From NCBI RefSeq assembly GCF_021129235.1, contig NZ_JAJOMA010000006.1:111580-135579 (forward strand): 24,000 bases of DNA, given 5' to 3'. How positions within the stretch are numbered: position 1 is the stretch's first letter; each line of letters begins with the position of its first letter. The notes beneath the pieces are model-generated. The model was not told the origin of the DNA. It ran no database searches and saw nothing but the letters and a program-made list of their open reading frames with translations. The position numbers and the translations under genes were made by a program. This document shows positions 22,921-24,000 of the stretch, in pieces. Source of the DNA: Kineosporia mesophila. Its GTDB lineage: Bacteria > Actinomycetota > Actinomycetes > Actinomycetales > Kineosporiaceae.

Positions 22921-23619
22921 ATGCCCCGAGTCACCCCCAAGCTGAACCTCTCCGACCAGGTGGCCGACCAACTGCGCCGTCGCCTGGCCGCCGGCGAGTT
23001 CCCGGTCGGTGCACGCATTCCCACCGAGACCGAGCTGATGACCGAGATGGGCGTCAGCCGCAACAGCCTGCGCGAAGCCGTCCGGTCGCTGGTGCATGCC
23101 GGGCTGCTGCGAGCCCAGGCCGGTTCGGGCACCTACGTGGTGGCGACGAGTGACCTGGCCCCCACCCTCGCCCGCCGCGTTCCGTTCGATCGTCCGAACG
23201 ACACCGCGGAGGTGCGGCTGCTGCTGGAACGGGAGGCAACCCGTCTGGCCGCGTCCCGGGCCACGGCCGACGAGGTCGAGAAACTGCGCACCCTGCTGGC
23301 CCAGCGGGACGCCGCCACCCAGGCGCAGCAGCACGCGACCGCCGACGCGGCCTTCCACCACCAGCTCGTGGCCCTGGCCGGCAACGAGCTGCTGGCCGAG
23401 TTGTACCGGGGGATCGGCGGAGTTGAGGAAGCCCACCGCCGATCCGGCACGTTCGACCCGGACTTCGACCGCTTCCACCCGGGTCTCCGGGAGATCGACG
23501 CCGCGCACGGCGCCATCGTCGACGCAGTGGCCGCCGGAGATCCGGACGCGGCCGCAGCCGCGGTGGAGCACAACGTCCGGCTCGTCGAAGCGCAGGTCGA
23601 CAGCAGGCTGAACCCGTGA
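22921..23619 (+). CDS. GntR-family (FadR/FCD subfamily) transcriptional regulator
   Basis: ATG start at 22921. The wHTH reads SDQVADQLRRRLAAGEFPVGARIPTETELMTEMGVSRNSLREAVRSLVHAGLLRAQAGSGTYV, followed by a helical FCD-like C-terminus. Confidence 0.85.
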   Translation: MPRVTPKLNLSDQVADQLRRRLAAGEFPVGARIPTETELMTEMGVSRNSLREAVRSLVHAGLLRAQAGSGTYVVATSDLAPTLARRVPFDRPNDTAEVRLLLEREATRLAASRATADEVEKLRTLLAQRDAATQAQQHATADAAFHHQLVALAGNELLAELYRGIGGVEEAHRRSGTFDPDFDRFHPGLREIDAAHGAIVDAVAAGDPDAAAAAVEHNVRLVEAQVDSRLNP

Positions 23620-24000
23620 GCACCGCCAAGACGCTCGCACCCCCAGCCGCGCCGAGCCCCGCGCTGGTGCTCACCGGCCTGCTCCTCGTAGCCGGCAATC
23701 TCCGCGCCGGAATCACCACCGTCGGGCCCGTTCTCGACGATGTAAAGACCGACATCGACATCTCCTCGCTGGAGGCGTCGGTCCTCATCAGCCTCCCGCT
23801 GCTGGCCTTCGCCCTGGTCTCCCCCTTCGCGCCCACCCTCGCGCGCCGCCTTGGCCTGGAACGCACCCTGGCCGCAGCGCTCGCCACCCTGGCCGTCGGG
23901 CTGATGGTGCGCTCCCTGCCCGGCTCGGTGCTGCTGTGGGCCGGCACTGCGCTGCTCGGCGTGGCCATCGCCACCCTCAACGTGGTGCTGCCCGCCTTGG
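23616..24000 (+). CDS. MFS transporter, CynX/NimT-like (partial; continues past the window end)
   Basis: GTG 23616 overlaps the GntR stop (GTGA). LVLTGLLLVAGNLRAGITTVGPVLDDVKTDIDISSLEASVLISLPLLAFALVSPFAPTLARRLGLER is a typical CynX-type N-terminus. Confidence 0.75.
   Translation, partial: MSTAKTLAPPAAPSPALVLTGLLLVAGNLRAGITTVGPVLDDVKTDIDISSLEASVLISLPLLAFALVSPFAPTLARRLGLERTLAAALATLAVGLMVRSLPGSVLLWAGTALLGVAIATLNVVLPAL

Noticed and set aside
22615-23980. Minus-strand ORFs of 341 aa and 308 aa
   Set aside because: They are antisense to the GntR, MFS and MmyB-like genes, R/A/G/P-rich, with no recognisable domains.
1-24000. Window-wide search for CRISPR arrays, rRNA, transposases, integrases and IS inverted repeats
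   Set aside because: I found no regularly spaced repeats, no rRNA-like conserved blocks, and no DDE, tyrosine or serine recombinase-like ORFs in any frame that I could recognise.

Overview
This window is 24 kb of high-GC (roughly 70%) Actinomycetota-type chromosome. I can support about 27 protein genes, one tRNA-Ala(UGC), two gene remnants and several DNA repeats. I saw no rRNA, CRISPR array, transposase or integrase. Most of the window is ordinary accessory content. It holds regulator/target pairs (HxlR with an NmrA-like oxidoreductase, TetR with an SDR, SMR pump with TetR, MarR with membrane proteins, MmyB-like HTH with an aldo-keto reductase, GntR with an MFS transporter) and a TipA-like MerR. 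It also holds two orphan response regulators, a CPBP protease, a secreted RTX-repeat protein, an SMI1/KNR4 protein, glgX, an SPL-family radical SAM enzyme, a secreted S8 protease and an M20 amidohydrolase. Four things stand out. (1) At 3.93-5.72 kb there is a compositionally atypical, translationally coupled two-gene cassette: a DUF4365-like PD-(D/E)xK nuclease-fold protein plus a 396-aa protein of no family I recognise. This is my best candidate for an undescribed defence-like or toxin-antitoxin-like system. (2) A hicB-hicA cassette is bracketed by tRNA-Ala and a direct copy of the tRNA 3' half, which looks like an integration scar. (3) A perfect 58-bp palindrome built from phased GTAC cores lies upstream of the SMR-TetR operon, and a second GTAC array abuts the operon's ribosome-binding site. 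(4) A decayed TetR locus carries a frameshift. Many long ORFs in the supplied track are antisense shadow ORFs typical of high-GC DNA, and I rejected them. All family assignments come from motif recognition by eye; no searches were run.
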